A stretch of DNA of 64,000 nucleotides from an uncultured Nitrososphaera sp. (lineage in GTDB: Archaea; Thermoproteota; Nitrososphaeria; Nitrososphaerales; Nitrososphaeraceae): the NCBI GenBank assembly GCA_964556935.1, contig CAZKXR010000001.1:79988-143987 (forward strand). The letters are read 5' to 3'. The position numbers and the translations under genes are program-made. Below are positions 45,344 to 54,789 of the stretch, one piece after another. Within the stretch, counting starts at the first letter, position 1; every line of letters starts with the position of its first letter. The notes under the pieces are model-generated. The model was not told the origin of the DNA. It worked only from the letters and a program-made list of their open reading frames with translations, and ran no database searches.

Positions 45344-47104
45344 CTATGCGGCCATTACAAGCATGGCAACGTAAGTAGCAAAGGTTATGCCGATAAAGAC
45401 CTTTGTTATGTTCATGGACCTGTCAAGGGCTTTTGAATAGTCTTCAAACTGCTGCTTGCCCATCACCTTGACTGATGACTGGGAGCTGCAGACCTCAAAT
45501 TCTGCCCTTGCCGCGCGGGATAAAGCTTTCTGGCCCATGGCTCTAAAGACAGCGGCAATTCTCTCATGGTTGCTGGCAGTTCCAAGGGCAAAATATCCCT
45601 CGCGGGTTCTCTTGCCGGAAGTTGAATGCGTGTCGGAGCTGCAGACCTCAAGCATCGTCACTTCCCTGGATGCGGCGATTATCTTGTCCCTCAGCGTGTT
45701 TTCCATGTTGTTTGAATCGGCCCATCCTATGGCGTACTTCCGTCCTCCTACGCTTACGGCCATGACTGCAAGACCCGCCTGGCCAAGTTCTGCCGCCGGC
45801 CCAAATTCGTTTGACGACAGGTCTTGAAGGTTTGCATAGCCTACCTCAAATTCCTGCTGCGGTCGGCGCTTCAACTCTTCAAGACATTCTTTTGCTGCAG
45901 CCATCAGGTCGCCCTCATCTTCACTACTTATGTGGCCGCCCATGGCATTGTGGCAGTCTACAACCAAAATATCGCCAAATCCAAGGCTTGAAGCAAGGGA
46001 TTCCAGCTGGGCACGTATGCTCTGGGGGACGTCTTCCATACCCTTTGGGGCAAGCGAGAGCATGATCATTGCAGACTTGTCAAAGGCCAGCCCGGTGACA
46101 GTGGCGTTGCCCTTCTTTATCTGGACTGGTTCTGCGCATCTGTCGCCCTTGACTTGTATAGAGAGCCTTTGAAGGCCGGATACGTACCTGTCCACTTCAC
46201 GCTGGGATGGGATGTTAAGCGAGTGATCCGAGACGCTGTGCATCACCAGCGCCTGTTTGGAAAAGGAATCGTACAGCACGTAGGGAAGGTTGCTTCCTCC
46301 CACCATGCTAAAGGGGCCAGGATGGACGTCTGGCAGCACCACCGTGCACAGCTGCTTTTCTGAAGAAAAGCGGATTATCTTCGTGCCTACTGCTGATTCG
46401 TAGGCCCTGCCTTCAAAGAATTCTTCAATCTTGTCCACCTTGTTCTCGGTCCATGCATCTAAAAATGCCTGCAGCAGTTTGAAAGTGCTGGCCACGGCTG
46501 GCCTGCCGGCCTTGTCAGCAATGATGGTCCAGACTATGCCCAGTATGACAAAGGCAGATCCAAAGGCAAGTGCCATAGGACTTGCAATAACACTGTAAAA
46601 TGATGGCGGCAGGAAGGCGAAAAGAAAGATCACCGGCTGGATGAAAGCGATGGCAACCGCCCTTGAAAGACTTGAACCAAACACCGATACGTAGATACCT
46701 ATCCTCAGGCCGGCAGCAAGCATCATGCCGGCGATGATGTAATCGGTAGTGATGGCCGGCTTGGAAAACACGGCGTTGGCTGCGATTCCCATGATGACTG
46801 TGAGAGCCCAGAGCAGGTTGGCAAAGGACGAAACATGAATAACCTTTGACAGCTTGACCGCCGTGCCTCGCAAAGTCAGGTGGTCAAGCAACGTGGTTCC
46901 AAAAAGCACGCCCAGACCGAGGGGCAGGTACACCGCCAGCTCAGAAATGCTGCTTTGAAGGTGAAAGATGTGTGAGACTGCCACCACCATAGTGGCGCAG
47001 GCCAGAGTCATCGCATACGATGACTTGAGCGAACCCGGAGTTAGCCTAGTAAAAGACCATCTTCTGTGTATGTTGGAAACGTCGTCTTGTTCTGCGGCCA
47101 GCAT
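45344..47104 (-). CDS. Large archaeal membrane protein (DUF2070-like)
   Basis: The N-terminal half has about 7 TM helices, followed by a soluble domain and a C-terminal TM; 586 aa. Family assignment is from memory of the architecture only. Confidence 0.55.
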   Translation of the reverse strand: MLAAEQDDVSNIHRRWSFTRLTPGSLKSSYAMTLACATMVVAVSHIFHLQSSISELAVYLPLGLGVLFGTTLLDHLTLRGTAVKLSKVIHVSSFANLLWALTVIMGIAANAVFSKPAITTDYIIAGMMLAAGLRIGIYVSVFGSSLSRAVAIAFIQPVIFLFAFLPPSFYSVIASPMALAFGSAFVILGIVWTIIADKAGRPAVASTFKLLQAFLDAWTENKVDKIEEFFEGRAYESAVGTKIIRFSSEKQLCTVVLPDVHPGPFSMVGGSNLPYVLYDSFSKQALVMHSVSDHSLNIPSQREVDRYVSGLQRLSIQVKGDRCAEPVQIKKGNATVTGLAFDKSAMIMLSLAPKGMEDVPQSIRAQLESLASSLGFGDILVVDCHNAMGGHISSEDEGDLMAAAKECLEELKRRPQQEFEVGYANLQDLSSNEFGPAAELGQAGLAVMAVSVGGRKYAIGWADSNNMENTLRDKIIAASREVTMLEVCSSDTHSTSGKRTREGYFALGTASNHERIAAVFRAMGQKALSRAARAEFEVCSSQSSVKVMGKQQFEDYSKALDRSMNITKVFIGITFATYVAMLVMAA

Positions 47105-47110
47105 CAGCGA

Positions 47111-47284
47111 TCAGACAGGGAAGACAATCCTGATGATAACCGAGATTCCTATCATCGCACCGGCAATGGCCAGCACGATCTGGGGCCTGATCTTGATGCC
47201 CCTAGTCTCGTCTTCAAAGAATCTAAGCAGACCAGCGCTTGAAGCCGGCAGCGGGGCATTCTTCTTCTTACTGCTCATAATCAT
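47111..47284 (-). CDS. secG: Preprotein translocase subunit Sec61beta (archaeal SecG), 57 aa, not in the ORF track
   Basis: Hand translation gives MIMSSKKKNAPLPASSAGLLRFFEDETRGIKIRPQIVLAIAGAMIGISVIIRIVFPV. The SAGLLRFF..E....IKI.P motif plus a C-terminal tail anchor match archaeal Sec61beta. Confidence 0.75.
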   Translation of the reverse strand: MIMSSKKKNAPLPASSAGLLRFFEDETRGIKIRPQIVLAIAGAMIGISVIIRIVFPV

Positions 47285-47318
47285 GGTAGGTTAGTTGCAA
47301 TCTTTTAAATACATTCCG

Positions 47319-47714
47319 CTATTGCTTCCCGGTCAGCAGCCTCAGTTTTTCAAGAATCCTCAGATATCCTTCTATTAATTCGGCCTTTTGCTTCTGGATG
47401 GCGATATCCTTCTCGGCCTTTATCTCTGCGACAAGGCTGGTGATTTTGTCTTCTATGGTGGTAGCTGCCGTGGCAAGATCCGGCTTGATGGCTGGAGCGC
47501 TTTCTGGTTTTGGCTCCTGCACGGCTAAGACGGTCTCGCTGCCGCAGTTGACGCAGGTAACCTTGTCGCCGAATTTTATCTGCACTCCGCCGCACTTTGA
47601 GCAGGCCTCGTTGATAAGTGAGCCGCCCTTTACAAGCAGTGAAGCGGCAGACCTGATCCTTGCCTCTGGACGGTCGGAGACCTGCTCTTCGGTCATCAGC
47701 ATATCAATTATCAC
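47319..47714 (-). CDS. Zinc-ribbon protein of the UPF0148 / autoantigen p27-like family
   Basis: AASLLVKGGSLINEACSKCGGVQIKFGDKVTCVNCG followed by a coiled-coil tail. Confidence 0.5.
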   Translation of the reverse strand: MIIDMLMTEEQVSDRPEARIRSAASLLVKGGSLINEACSKCGGVQIKFGDKVTCVNCGSETVLAVQEPKPESAPAIKPDLATAATTIEDKITSLVAEIKAEKDIAIQKQKAELIEGYLRILEKLRLLTGKQ

Positions 47715-47784
47715 GCCTTGTAAAATCCTTTATGTGCGCAGGAATAAGGCTTAATAATAGGCCCTGTGAAAATCGAGGTACCTG

Positions 47785-48093
47785 ATGGCGGTTATCTGCA
47801 AAAAATGCGGCCTCCCAGACGACCTGTGCGCCTGCGGAGAGCTGGACAAGGAAGAAGCACGAATCGTTGTCCGCCTGGAAACAAGACGCTTTTCCAAGAC
47901 AACCACCTTGATTGAAGGAATAAACCCAAAGCAGAGCGATATGCACAAGATAGTCAAGGAACTAAAGAGTACCTTTGCCTGCGGCGGCACTGCCAAGGAC
48001 GGCTTTATCATGCTGCAGGGAGACCATAGAGACGATGTGCGCGATTACCTGGTAAAGATGGGATTCAACAAGGCAGCTATTGAGGTACAGTAG
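47785..48093 (+). CDS. sui1: Translation initiation factor aSUI1 (eIF1 homologue)
   Basis: N-terminal CKKCG..CAC zinc knuckle plus the SUI1 fold: IVVRLETRRF.K..T.IEG and LK...ACGGT.KDG.I.LQGDHR. Confidence 0.9.
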   Translation: MAVICKKCGLPDDLCACGELDKEEARIVVRLETRRFSKTTTLIEGINPKQSDMHKIVKELKSTFACGGTAKDGFIMLQGDHRDDVRDYLVKMGFNKAAIEVQ

Positions 48094-48181
48094 CAACTGC
48101 AATTGTCGTAGCTAACATCATTACCTGATTTCTGGTAATTCATATTCAAGACCATCAATCCGATGAAACAATCAGACCCGG

Positions 48182-49396
48182 CTAATCTACCGTTACTTGG
48201 GATGTCACCACTGCAGAAAGGATACCAGGGCTATCGACGATACGATCAAGGACAAGCACTCTTACCTCATACTCACCGGCTGCCTCCGGCGTCCAGAACA
48301 GACCGATTCCAGTGACGGCGTCTGGATTCAATGTCCCTGCCTGCCATTGCAGGTATATTGTCCTGTCTTCAGAATCCCTTACTTCCATGATTGCCACAAA
48401 AGGTAGCGCTCTGGCCCTGTTGTTCTCAATCTCTGTGGACAGAGCCACCTGCTGGCCGGCCTCTATCTGGGTCAGCTCATTGCCAGTAAAGTCCCTGACC
48501 TTTGGTTGTGACGGCGTCGTCGCATCCAGACCTGCTATTTCTCCGACAATAAACGTGTAATGGAACTCTTTGTCGGGGTTGTCGGTCTCCTCAAGCCTCG
48601 CAGCGTAGTCTGCCGGGAATTCATCGGTGTAAACTATGGTGACCGTATCTCCGTCGCGGACCATCACTGCCCCTCCCCGCGCTTCGTCTGCAAGCTGAAA
48701 CGACAGCCGGAATTCGCCGCTGTTCTCGCCGGTTTCCAAGGCAGAATAGGTCTGGCCCACAGCATCGCTGTCGGAGAACACCCTGATGCCGGTCAGCGAG
48801 TCGGCAATGTCCGGGTCCAAGTTGGCGTCAGGATCAACTATGGTTACCGTTACGCGATCGTTTACGTCGTACGATTCCTTGTCCTGAGTGAATTGCGGAT
48901 CCCAGCTTTTGACCTCGACGGTCGTTGATAATACCTCCGAGCGGCCTTCTGCGTTTCTGTTGTCTTCGTACCTGATCATTAGCAGATCGCCGGGAAGCAC
49001 GCCAATCCTGGGATCGGAGCCTCCCCGTACTGGGATTGGTTGGCCGTCATCGCCACCTTCTATGGGGACCAGCTGTATTTCAAACTTAAATACGCCGGTG
49101 TTGGGGCCGGTCTCCTCAAGGTCCGGGCTTGCCTGCCCCGCTTCACTCCTGTCGGTCCTGAATACAACCATGCCGTCGCCTGTATCGTCGCCCTCAAACT
49201 CGTCGGTTCTTTGTGGATTTATGTTAAGGTCAAAGTCCGCTATCTGGATTCTAATCTTGGCACCTGGACCGATGGCATCCGCCGTTGTTCCGATGACATT
49301 GGACGTACTGGCAGAAGCGTAGCTGCCGTTTGCAAGAACCAGACTGACAATCGTGCATGCGGCCAAAAACAAGCAGAGCGCGTGTCTCACGCTCAT
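48182..49396 (-). CDS. Secreted/surface beta-sandwich repeat protein; paralogue of 19731..21170
   Basis: N-terminal signal/anchor MSVRHALCLFLAACTIVSLVLANGSYASAS. Two D-x-D..ETG.N(S/T)G.F repeats and the shared C-terminal EVRDSED domain. Confidence 0.65.
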   Translation of the reverse strand: MSVRHALCLFLAACTIVSLVLANGSYASASTSNVIGTTADAIGPGAKIRIQIADFDLNINPQRTDEFEGDDTGDGMVVFRTDRSEAGQASPDLEETGPNTGVFKFEIQLVPIEGGDDGQPIPVRGGSDPRIGVLPGDLLMIRYEDNRNAEGRSEVLSTTVEVKSWDPQFTQDKESYDVNDRVTVTIVDPDANLDPDIADSLTGIRVFSDSDAVGQTYSALETGENSGEFRLSFQLADEARGGAVMVRDGDTVTIVYTDEFPADYAARLEETDNPDKEFHYTFIVGEIAGLDATTPSQPKVRDFTGNELTQIEAGQQVALSTEIENNRARALPFVAIMEVRDSEDRTIYLQWQAGTLNPDAVTGIGLFWTPEAAGEYEVRVLVLDRIVDSPGILSAVVTSQVTVD

Positions 49397-49478
49397 CTAT
49401 GCAATATATGCATTTTTTAACTAATAGAGTTTTGCTCTGCTCACCGCGCTTGCATTGCTGCGCGGCAGTCAGGCCATC

Positions 49479-49943
49479 TTACATGTGATACCTGATGCCG
49501 CACTTTTCGTAGTACTGCTGGTGGTATTCTTCGGCCTTCCAGAATGTAGAGGCAGGAACTATTTCTGTTACTATCTTCTTTTTGAACAGCCCGGAGTCCT
49601 GCAACTTTTCCTTCATCGACTTTGCAGCTGCCTCCTGTTCGGGGGTGTGGAAGAAAACTGCAGACCTGTACTGCTTTCCGATGTCCGGACCCTGCCGGTT
49701 TAGAGTGGTGGGGTCATGGTTGCTCCAGAACATCTTGAGAATCTCCTCATAGGATATGGAAGCAGGGTCGTACTCCACCTGTACCACTTCTGCATGCCCA
49801 GTCCTGTCGGTGCATACATCTTCATAGGTGGGGTTCTCAAGCCAGCCGCCCATGTACCCGACTTCAGTTGACTTGACGCCCTTTATCTTGCGGAAAACAT
49901 CTTCAGAGCACCAGAAACAGCCCATTCCGAAAGTTGCTTTCAT
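49479..49943 (-). CDS. msrA: Peptide methionine (S)-sulfoxide reductase
   Basis: Active-site GMGCFWC, with [21 protein letters not shown] motifs. Confidence 0.95.
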   Translation of the reverse strand: MKATFGMGCFWCSEDVFRKIKGVKSTEVGYMGGWLENPTYEDVCTDRTGHAEVVQVEYDPASISYEEILKMFWSNHDPTTLNRQGPDIGKQYRSAVFFHTPEQEAAAKSMKEKLQDSGLFKKKIVTEIVPASTFWKAEEYHQQYYEKCGIRYHM

Positions 49944-50032
49944 GCCACAAGTAGCACCGTTTGAAGAATTAAGCGTTTTTCCAATTCATTTCCATATTCA
50001 ACATCTTTTTTCCACAACTTACATCAATTGGA

Positions 50033-50869
50033 TTACTTGATGCTGCACCGGGAAATGGATCTGATGCTGCGCGCAAGCAGAAATGGCGCAACCGCAAGGG
50101 CCGGGATGCTTGCCAGTATGAAAACAGTCTGGAACGAGGCAAGCGCGCTGGTGCTTGCGCCGGCTCCCGCTACGCCAAGGCCAAGGACGGTTGAGAAAAT
50201 GCTTCCTGCGCAGGTCGGGCATCCAACAAAAAGGCCGGTAGTTACGCCGATCCCGCCGACCATGGACGTCCGTGTTTGGACAGTTTTGCTTAGCCGGTAA
50301 GCGTAAACGCTCAGGGCAACGTTAAAGCCGACCATTATAGAGACCACGACTGCCAGAATCACGTTGACGGGTATGACCAGTAGAAGGAAGTGGTCCGTGA
50401 AATATACCGTGAACATGGGCATGTACCCCGGCGCGGCGCAGCAGGGTATCATCTCAAATGAAGGGACCACGATCCCGCGTTCAACAAAGGAGACATCGGG
50501 CCTGTAAACGAGTATCTGGGATAAAAACGCGAAAAATATTCCGTAGCCTATGCTTGCTGCCACCATGATCTTCCAATACTTCCTGTCGGAAAATGCAGCG
50601 GTGATAAACGACATCAGCCTGTCGGTGTTGGCCGTGCGGATCCTTTCTGCACGAAAGATGGTGTACGCGCCATGAACAGCAGCGGCCATCGAGGCAGCTG
50701 TTATTGCAAGCACCGCATATGCTAGGTTTGTCAGCTGGGATGCTTCAAGTGGCACGCCGGACGGCGCCGAAAGGCGCGAGTAAATGATGAACGCAACGGC
50801 TATGGCGACCAAGCCTACGAGAAAGATCCTAAAACCACTCTCCCGAAGAGTCTGCCACTCTGCGTTCAT
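50033..50869 (-). CDS. Polytopic membrane protein with intramembrane PCC and GCPTCAG cysteine motifs
   Basis: About 7 hydrophobic helices. Cysteines sit in IPCCAAPG and FVGCPTCAGSIF inside hydrophobic stretches. It lies 90 nt upstream of msrA on the same strand. Confidence 0.6.
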   Translation of the reverse strand: MNAEWQTLRESGFRIFLVGLVAIAVAFIIYSRLSAPSGVPLEASQLTNLAYAVLAITAASMAAAVHGAYTIFRAERIRTANTDRLMSFITAAFSDRKYWKIMVAASIGYGIFFAFLSQILVYRPDVSFVERGIVVPSFEMIPCCAAPGYMPMFTVYFTDHFLLLVIPVNVILAVVVSIMVGFNVALSVYAYRLSKTVQTRTSMVGGIGVTTGLFVGCPTCAGSIFSTVLGLGVAGAGASTSALASFQTVFILASIPALAVAPFLLARSIRSISRCSIK

Positions 50870-50952
50870 ACCTGATATAGCCTGCCTTACAGCAAATTAA
50901 ATCCTACTTTTCCCTGTAAATACTTAATTTGTTGTGTTACCAATAGTAGCGC

Positions 50953-51384
50953 ATGAGCGGAAACGCCTCCCAGGAGGACGATGAATACGTTCTGGCCAAG
51001 ATCAGCTATGTTGGATTTGCTGACCAGATGGGGCTTGAGGGCGTCGTCATACTGAAGTCCGAGGACGAACGGGAATTTCCGATGCGGGCCTTTTCCGGAG
51101 AAGTGGCAAGGCATATCTCGCGGTTCAGGGAGGGGGACAAGGGCAGCATACCCACCATCTATAACCTTGTTGAGGAAATATCCGTCATGCAGGATCTTTT
51201 GCTTACAGAGATCCGGGTTTACCAGAGCGGCACCGTCCTGCGAGCCAACCTCTACTTCAAAAGCAGGAAGGGCGAGATCATCCTCCGGAACTACCGGGCC
51301 TCTGACTCGATAGCTCTTGCCGCCTTTTACGACATCCCGATCAAGGTTCGCAAGAGCCTGTTTGAAGAGGCAATAGAGCACTAG
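50953..51384 (+). CDS. Bifunctional nuclease (BFN/DUF151) family protein
   Basis: VVILKSEDEREFPM, IPTIYNLV, YRASDSIALAAFYDIPIKV follow the BFN domain pattern. Confidence 0.65.
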   Translation: MSGNASQEDDEYVLAKISYVGFADQMGLEGVVILKSEDEREFPMRAFSGEVARHISRFREGDKGSIPTIYNLVEEISVMQDLLLTEIRVYQSGTVLRANLYFKSRKGEIILRNYRASDSIALAAFYDIPIKVRKSLFEEAIEH

Positions 51385-52478
51385 GTTACGATGTCGCGCA
51401 GCTTTCGCTGGGCCGCGGCGTTTTTGATCTCCATGGCAATTCTGCGGCCAACGCCCATCGTGTGGCCGTAGTAGTACTTTGTGTACGGGCTTGTCGTGGC
51501 CATTATGGGGTTTCCAGGAACCCGCAGCGATACATCGTATACGATGAATTCTAGGTCTGTCGTAACCGCGCTTTGAAGCGAGATGGGGCCTATTATGCCC
51601 GGCGGGTATTCTTTTCTGACCGCGACGGTGAATTTGTCGCCCATTTCAAACACCTTCTCAAGGAGCGACTCGCGGATGCTTGCCGGCGTGTGCCCGACTT
51701 CGATGTTCTGCGTCTGGACATCCATCTCCATCTGCTGCCTGGCTGGCATCGAAACAAAGTCATGAAGGTTGGTCTGAAGCCTCCTCTCGATTCCAAGGAA
51801 TTCCGTCTCGCCGGTAAGCGGCGAGTGAAAGAAGTTCAGGTTAAAGTATGTCCCAAGCACGTATTCCTCGATGACGGCAGATTCCAGATCCTGCTCGCTT
51901 ACAAGGCCTTCCTCGATCTTTTGCTGGGATTTTTTCTTGTAATCCTCAAATGAGGTCACGATGAAAAACGCCCTCTCTAGCTTGCGTTTGGCCTCCTGCA
52001 CTTTAACCATGGCCGGACCGTCTATGTCTGATGGCTTTCTGTAGATCTTGGGGTGCCTTATGCCGGCCTTTTCAAGCAGGTAGTACTGATTCCTTGCCGC
52101 GGTTCGTTCTTCTGCACGCAAAAGGGATCTGTTGCCAAATACCGGAACCTTGAAGTTGTTCTCGATATTGTCGTAGCCAAGGTACGCCGTAAAAGCGCGG
52201 TGGGCCACCATGACGCAGTTAAGCTCGCGCAGGCGTTCCTGGTTCTCGCGGTTTAAAACGTCTGAGAATTTGTCAAGCAGGATTATCTCGTCAGCAAGCC
52301 TTTTGAACCGCCGGTAGGGGAGGTCTCTTCCCTTTTGGCAGATGCAGACCGTCTTCATGTTCTCGTCTTTAGCGCCGTCCATGACCTCCAGCGCCGAGTG
52401 GCTGCCTATGGTGCCTATGGTTATGTTCTTTGCATCGTACTGGTCTACAATGCCGGCTATTTGCTGAAGGCCTATCAA
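51381..52478 (-). CDS. purP: 5-formaminoimidazole-4-carboxamide ribonucleotide (FAICAR) synthetase PurP (ATP-grasp)
   Basis: ITIGTIGSHSALEVMDGAKDE..., CQKGR, VPVFGNR.LLR.EER and EEYVLGT.FN.NFF.SPL are colinear with methanogen PurP. Confidence 0.85.
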   Translation of the reverse strand: MIGLQQIAGIVDQYDAKNITIGTIGSHSALEVMDGAKDENMKTVCICQKGRDLPYRRFKRLADEIILLDKFSDVLNRENQERLRELNCVMVAHRAFTAYLGYDNIENNFKVPVFGNRSLLRAEERTAARNQYYLLEKAGIRHPKIYRKPSDIDGPAMVKVQEAKRKLERAFFIVTSFEDYKKKSQQKIEEGLVSEQDLESAVIEEYVLGTYFNLNFFHSPLTGETEFLGIERRLQTNLHDFVSMPARQQMEMDVQTQNIEVGHTPASIRESLLEKVFEMGDKFTVAVRKEYPPGIIGPISLQSAVTTDLEFIVYDVSLRVPGNPIMATTSPYTKYYYGHTMGVGRRIAMEIKNAAAQRKLRDIVT

Positions 52479-52511
52479 CGCCTACAAAGTCAGAGGATTG
52501 TAATAAAAAGC

Positions 52512-52835
52512 CTACTTTTTGGTTCCCTTGCTCAGCTCTAATTCTATAGCTGCCTTAAGCTCCTCGTCGTTCTTGTTGGTGTAGTCTATGCCAAGGGACT
52601 CGGCGATCTCTTCAAGCTTTTCTCTGCCTACCCTGTTCTGGCTCTTCATCTGCTGCAGTTCGCGCTTGGCCTCGATCTTGGCCTTTTCGTATTCGGCTGA
52701 TGCCTTGCCAAAGGATCTGGCAATCTCGGGGATTTTTTTCACACCAAAAAAGATGACTACCACTGCGATTACGATGAAAATCCATTCCATACCTGAAGGG
52801 ATCTGCATTATCAGGTCAAGTAGTCCTGCGGACAT
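52512..52835 (-). CDS. tatA: Twin-arginine translocase subunit TatA/E
   Basis: A single TM followed by an amphipathic helix: WIFIVIAVVVIFFGVKKIPEIARSFGKA. Confidence 0.8.
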   Translation of the reverse strand: MSAGLLDLIMQIPSGMEWIFIVIAVVVIFFGVKKIPEIARSFGKASAEYEKAKIEAKRELQQMKSQNRVGREKLEEIAESLGIDYTNKNDEELKAAIELELSKGTKK

Positions 52836-52869
52836 CTATACCGGATAACAGCCGCTTGGAATTTAAGTG

Positions 52870-53676
52870 TTAGGTATTGGCCTTGGCCGTGCTCTCTATC
52901 CTTTTGGCCCTTCTCTCGACGGCCACCATGCCTACAAGGTACAGAGCGATCATGGGCCCGGCGACAAACCACATGGTGACGCCACTTCCATCAGGGGTTA
53001 TGATGGCCCCGAAGATCACAAGGACGATGACAGCATACCTAAAGTTGTTCCTCCAGAACTTGGGGGACATGGTATCGGTCAGCGACACGGCATACATCAT
53101 TATCGGAAGCTCAAACGCTATCCCAAAGCCAAGGAAGAACTGCATCACAAATGAGATAAAGTCGCTTATATTGATGAGGGGGAGGACGCCGACGGCCTCG
53201 CCGTACTGGTAAAGGAAGTTCAGGGTAAACGGGACAGCCGCGAAATACGCAAAGGCAACACCGGCCACAAAAAGTATGACGGCTGGAACCGTTATCCTTG
53301 AGATGCTTTTCCTGCTACGCGGGCTTATGGCCGGCGAGATGAACAAAGCAATCTCTCTGACTATGACCGGCATCGAGGCTATCAGGCCGATAAGGGCAGA
53401 GACGTAGATCTGTGCAAAGAACGCCTGGCCGGGAGCTGTCTGGACAAGGGTCACGCTGGGAGGCAAAAGAGTCTGCTGCATGTACAACGTTATTCTGGCC
53501 GAGAGGTTGTGTATCGGGTCAGGAAACGGGTAGGCCAGCATGATCCCGTTGTAGTCCATGGGCCGCAGGTCAAAGGACATGGCAAAGACGGTAATCACTA
53601 TTATGGAGATGACTATCCGAACCACGCGCATGCGTAGCTCTTCTAGGTGCTCGCCGATGGTCATCTCCGTGGCCAT
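52870..53676 (-). CDS. tatC: Twin-arginine translocase subunit TatC
   Basis: HLEELRMR.., six TM helices, and FLLGFGIAFELPI-type motifs. Confidence 0.9.
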   Translation of the reverse strand: MATEMTIGEHLEELRMRVVRIVISIIVITVFAMSFDLRPMDYNGIMLAYPFPDPIHNLSARITLYMQQTLLPPSVTLVQTAPGQAFFAQIYVSALIGLIASMPVIVREIALFISPAISPRSRKSISRITVPAVILFVAGVAFAYFAAVPFTLNFLYQYGEAVGVLPLINISDFISFVMQFFLGFGIAFELPIMMYAVSLTDTMSPKFWRNNFRYAVIVLVIFGAIITPDGSGVTMWFVAGPMIALYLVGMVAVERRAKRIESTAKANT

Positions 53677-53710
53677 TGAATATATACAATAAACGCCTGC
53701 GAAATATAAT

Positions 53711-54172
53711 TTAGTCGGGGCCGGGGATTGGAAGCGCTTTGCCGGCGGGAAGCTTCCAGGACTCCTTGTCTACGTCGTCCTTCGTTGCCTTTTCAAACTC
53801 CAGCGTGAGCTCGACGGGGGCATTGAACTTGAGGCTTAGCTCGTTGGCAAGCACGCCGACAGATCTTGCATCCGCAAATTCCTTGGAGCCCTGCAGGAAG
53901 CCTCTGTTTTGTCTGTATAGCAGCTGGCCTCCAAACTTGCCCTGCAAAAATGCGGCCAGATCTTGCACGGTCTTTTGTGGCACGTCGTTAAAGTAAAAAC
54001 AGATGCCGTGCACGGGCTCCTTGTCAAAGGGGGTGCCGTACCTGTACCAGAAAACACCGAAATGCTCGTACTCGCCCTGCATGCACTTGATGTCCCAGTG
54101 GTTTGCCTTTTCAGCGGGGTAGTCCGCCGAGAGGACATCAGTGATTACAAGACGCCAGTACCTGACGCGCAT
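53711..54172 (-). CDS. Hypothetical protein
   Basis: 153-aa ORF with no competing frame of similar quality. No family recognised. Confidence 0.5.
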   Translation of the reverse strand: MRVRYWRLVITDVLSADYPAEKANHWDIKCMQGEYEHFGVFWYRYGTPFDKEPVHGICFYFNDVPQKTVQDLAAFLQGKFGGQLLYRQNRGFLQGSKEFADARSVGVLANELSLKFNAPVELTLEFEKATKDDVDKESWKLPAGKALPIPGPD

Positions 54173-54252
54173 GGCTGTCGTGTAGAATATGGCATTATAA
54201 TAACGTTAGATCGGGTAAAAAAAATAAATGAACCCTGCCTGCCATTCGTTGT

Positions 54253-54753
54253 ATGCCAGCTACAAAATACTCACTTTCCACCGACAGGAACAAGCTTTTC
54301 GAGGAAATGGAACGGCAGTTTGAAAGCAAGGACATACAGTATTTCAAGGGCCTGCTGACCCATGAAGACAGCGTGGTCAGAACACGGGCCATCTGCATCT
54401 TGGCCGAGATTGCCGGTGAAAGTGCTATCGAGCCTATCAGCAACATTCTCAAACTTGACAAAAACGATCTTGTAAGGCATGAGGCTGCCTTCTCCCTTGG
54501 CCAGCTGGGTCTTAACAGCGGCATTCCGGCCCTTGCCGAGGCAGTCAAGAAGGATTCAAGCTTCTTCGTCCGCCACGAGGCCGCGGTGGCCCTGGGCGTC
54601 ATCGGGTCCGAGGATGCAAGGGAGACGCTGAACCAGGCCCTGAACGACGAAAGCGAAGAAGTTCGCGATTCAGCAGTGGTCGCGCTTGCCAACCTTGATT
54701 ATATCAAGGCGGTAAATAGAATAAACGACTTTACGAGAATGACCGGCGGCTAA
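54253..54753 (+). CDS. HEAT-repeat (PBS-lyase-like) protein
   Basis: Repeated D..VR..A...L(G/A)..G units (VVRTRAICILAEIAG, LVRHEAAFSLGQLG, FVRHEAAVALGVIG, EVRDSAVVALANL). Confidence 0.7.
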   Translation: MPATKYSLSTDRNKLFEEMERQFESKDIQYFKGLLTHEDSVVRTRAICILAEIAGESAIEPISNILKLDKNDLVRHEAAFSLGQLGLNSGIPALAEAVKKDSSFFVRHEAAVALGVIGSEDARETLNQALNDESEEVRDSAVVALANLDYIKAVNRINDFTRMTGG

Positions 54754-54789
54754 ACAGTATAATACGGGATATGGAGGTACAGAAATACC

